Below, piece after piece: positions 62,624-64,000 of a stretch of 64,000 nt of DNA. The notes beneath the pieces were generated by a model. It saw only the letters and a program-made list of their open reading frames with translations. It did not search any database and was not told the origin of the DNA. The stretch is from Bacteroidota bacterium (lineage in GTDB: Bacteria; Bacteroidota; Bacteroidia; M30B66). The DNA lies in assembly GCA_947460255.1 (NCBI GenBank), contig CANHIS010000001.1, positions 12,113 to 76,112 of the forward strand, read 5' to 3'. Position numbers and translations under genes: made by a program. Within the stretch, counting starts at the first letter, position 1. The number at the start of each line of letters is the position of its first letter.

Positions 62624-63699
62624 CCTGATTGAATTATCAATTCGGAAATAAAATTCACGTCCTTCTCCGTTAAATCAGGACTTAAGGGCAAACACAGCAC
62701 TCGTTTCGACAAATCGGTAGATGTGTCGTTGATCAAATTGTTGTTCACATAATTTAATCGATTCAACGATGGATAAAAATATCTCCTCGGGAAAATTTGT
62801 TTGTCTGCAAGAACTGAACGAGCTGCTAGCAAGCGTTCTTCCGAAGAAAATAAAACTGGAAAATAAGCATGGTTAACTCGCGTAGTTCCTTCTTGAATCT
62901 GCATCATTTGTAAGCCAGAGTTGAACAAGCGATCTTGATAAAAACCTACAACCTTGCTTCGTTTTTCGATAATTTCATCCACATAAGGAAACACCGAAAG
63001 CCCCATTGCTGCTTGAAATTCTGAAGCTTTGGCATTAATTCCAATCCCAAAAAAATCTTCAGGTCCGTTGTAACCAAAATTTCTCATATAGCCGATTTTG
63101 TGAGCTACAGCATCGTTGTTGGTTACCAAAGCTCCACCCTCGATTGTATGAAAAATCTTTGTTGCATGAAAACTCAATACGGTAACATCACCGTAAGAAG
63201 CTAAAGGTTTTCCTTTATAATCTACTCCAAATGCATGTGCTCCGTCGAAAATTAAAGGGATTTCATATTCTTCAGCGATTTCGGTCAATGCCTCTATTTC
63301 ACAAGGATTTCCGTATACGTGTGTTGCCAAAATAGCTTCAACCTCTGAAGTCAATTCTGCTCGAATTGAGGTAGGTGAAATAGTAAAAGTCTTTGGGTTT
63401 ATGTCTGCAAAAACTGGCTCAACACCTTCCCAAACCATAGCGCTTGTGGTAGCTACACATGAAAATGGCGTGGTGATAATTTTCTTCTGAATACCGAGAG
63501 CCTTCGCTGCAATTTGCAAGGCCATCGTGCCATTTGTTACAAAAAATACATGTTTTACCTGCAAATAATCTGCAAGCACTTTTTCAAGTTCTAAAACCAA
63601 AGGACCATGATTTGTTAGCTGCCCACGCTCCCAAATTCCTTTCAGATATTCGATGTACGAATCTAACGGTGGTAAAAAAGATTTGGTAACCTGAATCAT
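62617..63699 (-). CDS. DegT/DnrJ/EryC1/StrS-family sugar aminotransferase (PglE-like)
   Basis: It has the fold-type-I pattern with a lysine in SFHATKIF. Confidence 0.85.
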   Translation of the reverse strand: MIQVTKSFLPPLDSYIEYLKGIWERGQLTNHGPLVLELEKVLADYLQVKHVFFVTNGTMALQIAAKALGIQKKIITTPFSCVATTSAMVWEGVEPVFADINPKTFTISPTSIRAELTSEVEAILATHVYGNPCEIEALTEIAEEYEIPLIFDGAHAFGVDYKGKPLASYGDVTVLSFHATKIFHTIEGGALVTNNDAVAHKIGYMRNFGYNGPEDFFGIGINAKASEFQAAMGLSVFPYVDEIIEKRSKVVGFYQDRLFNSGLQMMQIQEGTTRVNHAYFPVLFSSEERLLAARSVLADKQIFPRRYFYPSLNRLNYVNNNLINDTSTDLSKRVLCLPLSPDLTEKDVNFISELIIQSGC

Positions 63700-64000
63700 C
63701 CTTCAATCAAGTGAAATTATTTGTTGAAGAAAGCTTCATCATATCTAATTCCATCAATTGCAAATATATCCAAACCATTAATTACCTAATAAAAGAATTG
63801 AATTGCTGTTTATTTAAACAATCAGTGAATAATTTCCTATTCTACTGCTAATTCACGGCACGAATTTGGTAATATTGCGCGGTCATACATATAAATACAG
63901 CTTTTTAACAAATTCAAATGAGTCAGTCGCTGAAATCGCTTTTTGCCGAAGTTATCCATCCACATGCTGCAGCCGTTAAGCAAATGGTAGCCGAACACGG

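Noticed and set aside
63926-64000. Possible start of a plus-strand gene (ATGAGTCAGTCGCTG…) at the window end
   Set aside because: It has only 25 codons with no recognisable motif, so it cannot be supported.

Overview
The window is a 64-kb chromosomal segment that I judge to be from a Bacteroidota (Bacteroidetes) genome on three grounds: there are no Shine-Dalgarno sequences, promoters match the Bacteroidetes sigma-A -7 consensus TAnnTTTG, and one encoded protein carries a T9SS type-A C-terminal sorting domain. Roughly 60% is core housekeeping. On the plus strand these genes are mtaB-like, lgt, suhB-like, msrA, recR, a UbiA prenyltransferase, Ppx/GppA and a sigma-54 response regulator. On the minus strand they are pheT, an ABC transporter pair, dnaJ-grpE, murA and a UvrD-like helicase. 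An uninterrupted 18-kb ribosomal-protein supercluster follows at 30.7-49 kb (rpsL-rpsG-fusA, then S10-spc-alpha through rplQ, with no tufA and no adk). carA and eno come next. Two regions look accessory. (1) At 1-4004 there is a 5'-truncated surface-protein gene translationally coupled to a large outer-membrane protein. That protein has an N-terminal beta-barrel-like (PorP/SprF-like?) domain, about 11 thrombospondin type-3 calcium-binding repeats and an OmpA C-terminal peptidoglycan-binding domain. (2) At 51.5-64 kb there is a glycan-modification locus that is the most interesting part of the window. A GT-C-like polytopic membrane protein converges on a minus-strand operon encoding GtrA-like flippase, a DegT aminotransferase, a GtrB/ArnC-like GT2, two SAM methyltransferases (one TylF-type), a discrete ACP, an FkbH-like (HAD-IIIC) glyceryl-loading enzyme, a VOC-fold protein, a GNAT and two tandem FdtA-like 3,4-ketoisomerase cupins. 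After an internal promoter comes a second module of GT2, a NeuD/PglD-type acetyltransferase and a second DegT aminotransferase. No Wzx, Wzy, initiating phosphoglycosyltransferase or export genes are seen in the window. The gene set therefore looks like a lipid-carrier-linked (Gtr/Arn-like) single-sugar modification system carrying an unusual ACP-dependent acyl decoration, rather than a polymerised O-antigen or capsule. All functional calls rest on motif and pattern recognition from the translated ORFs; no database searches were run.
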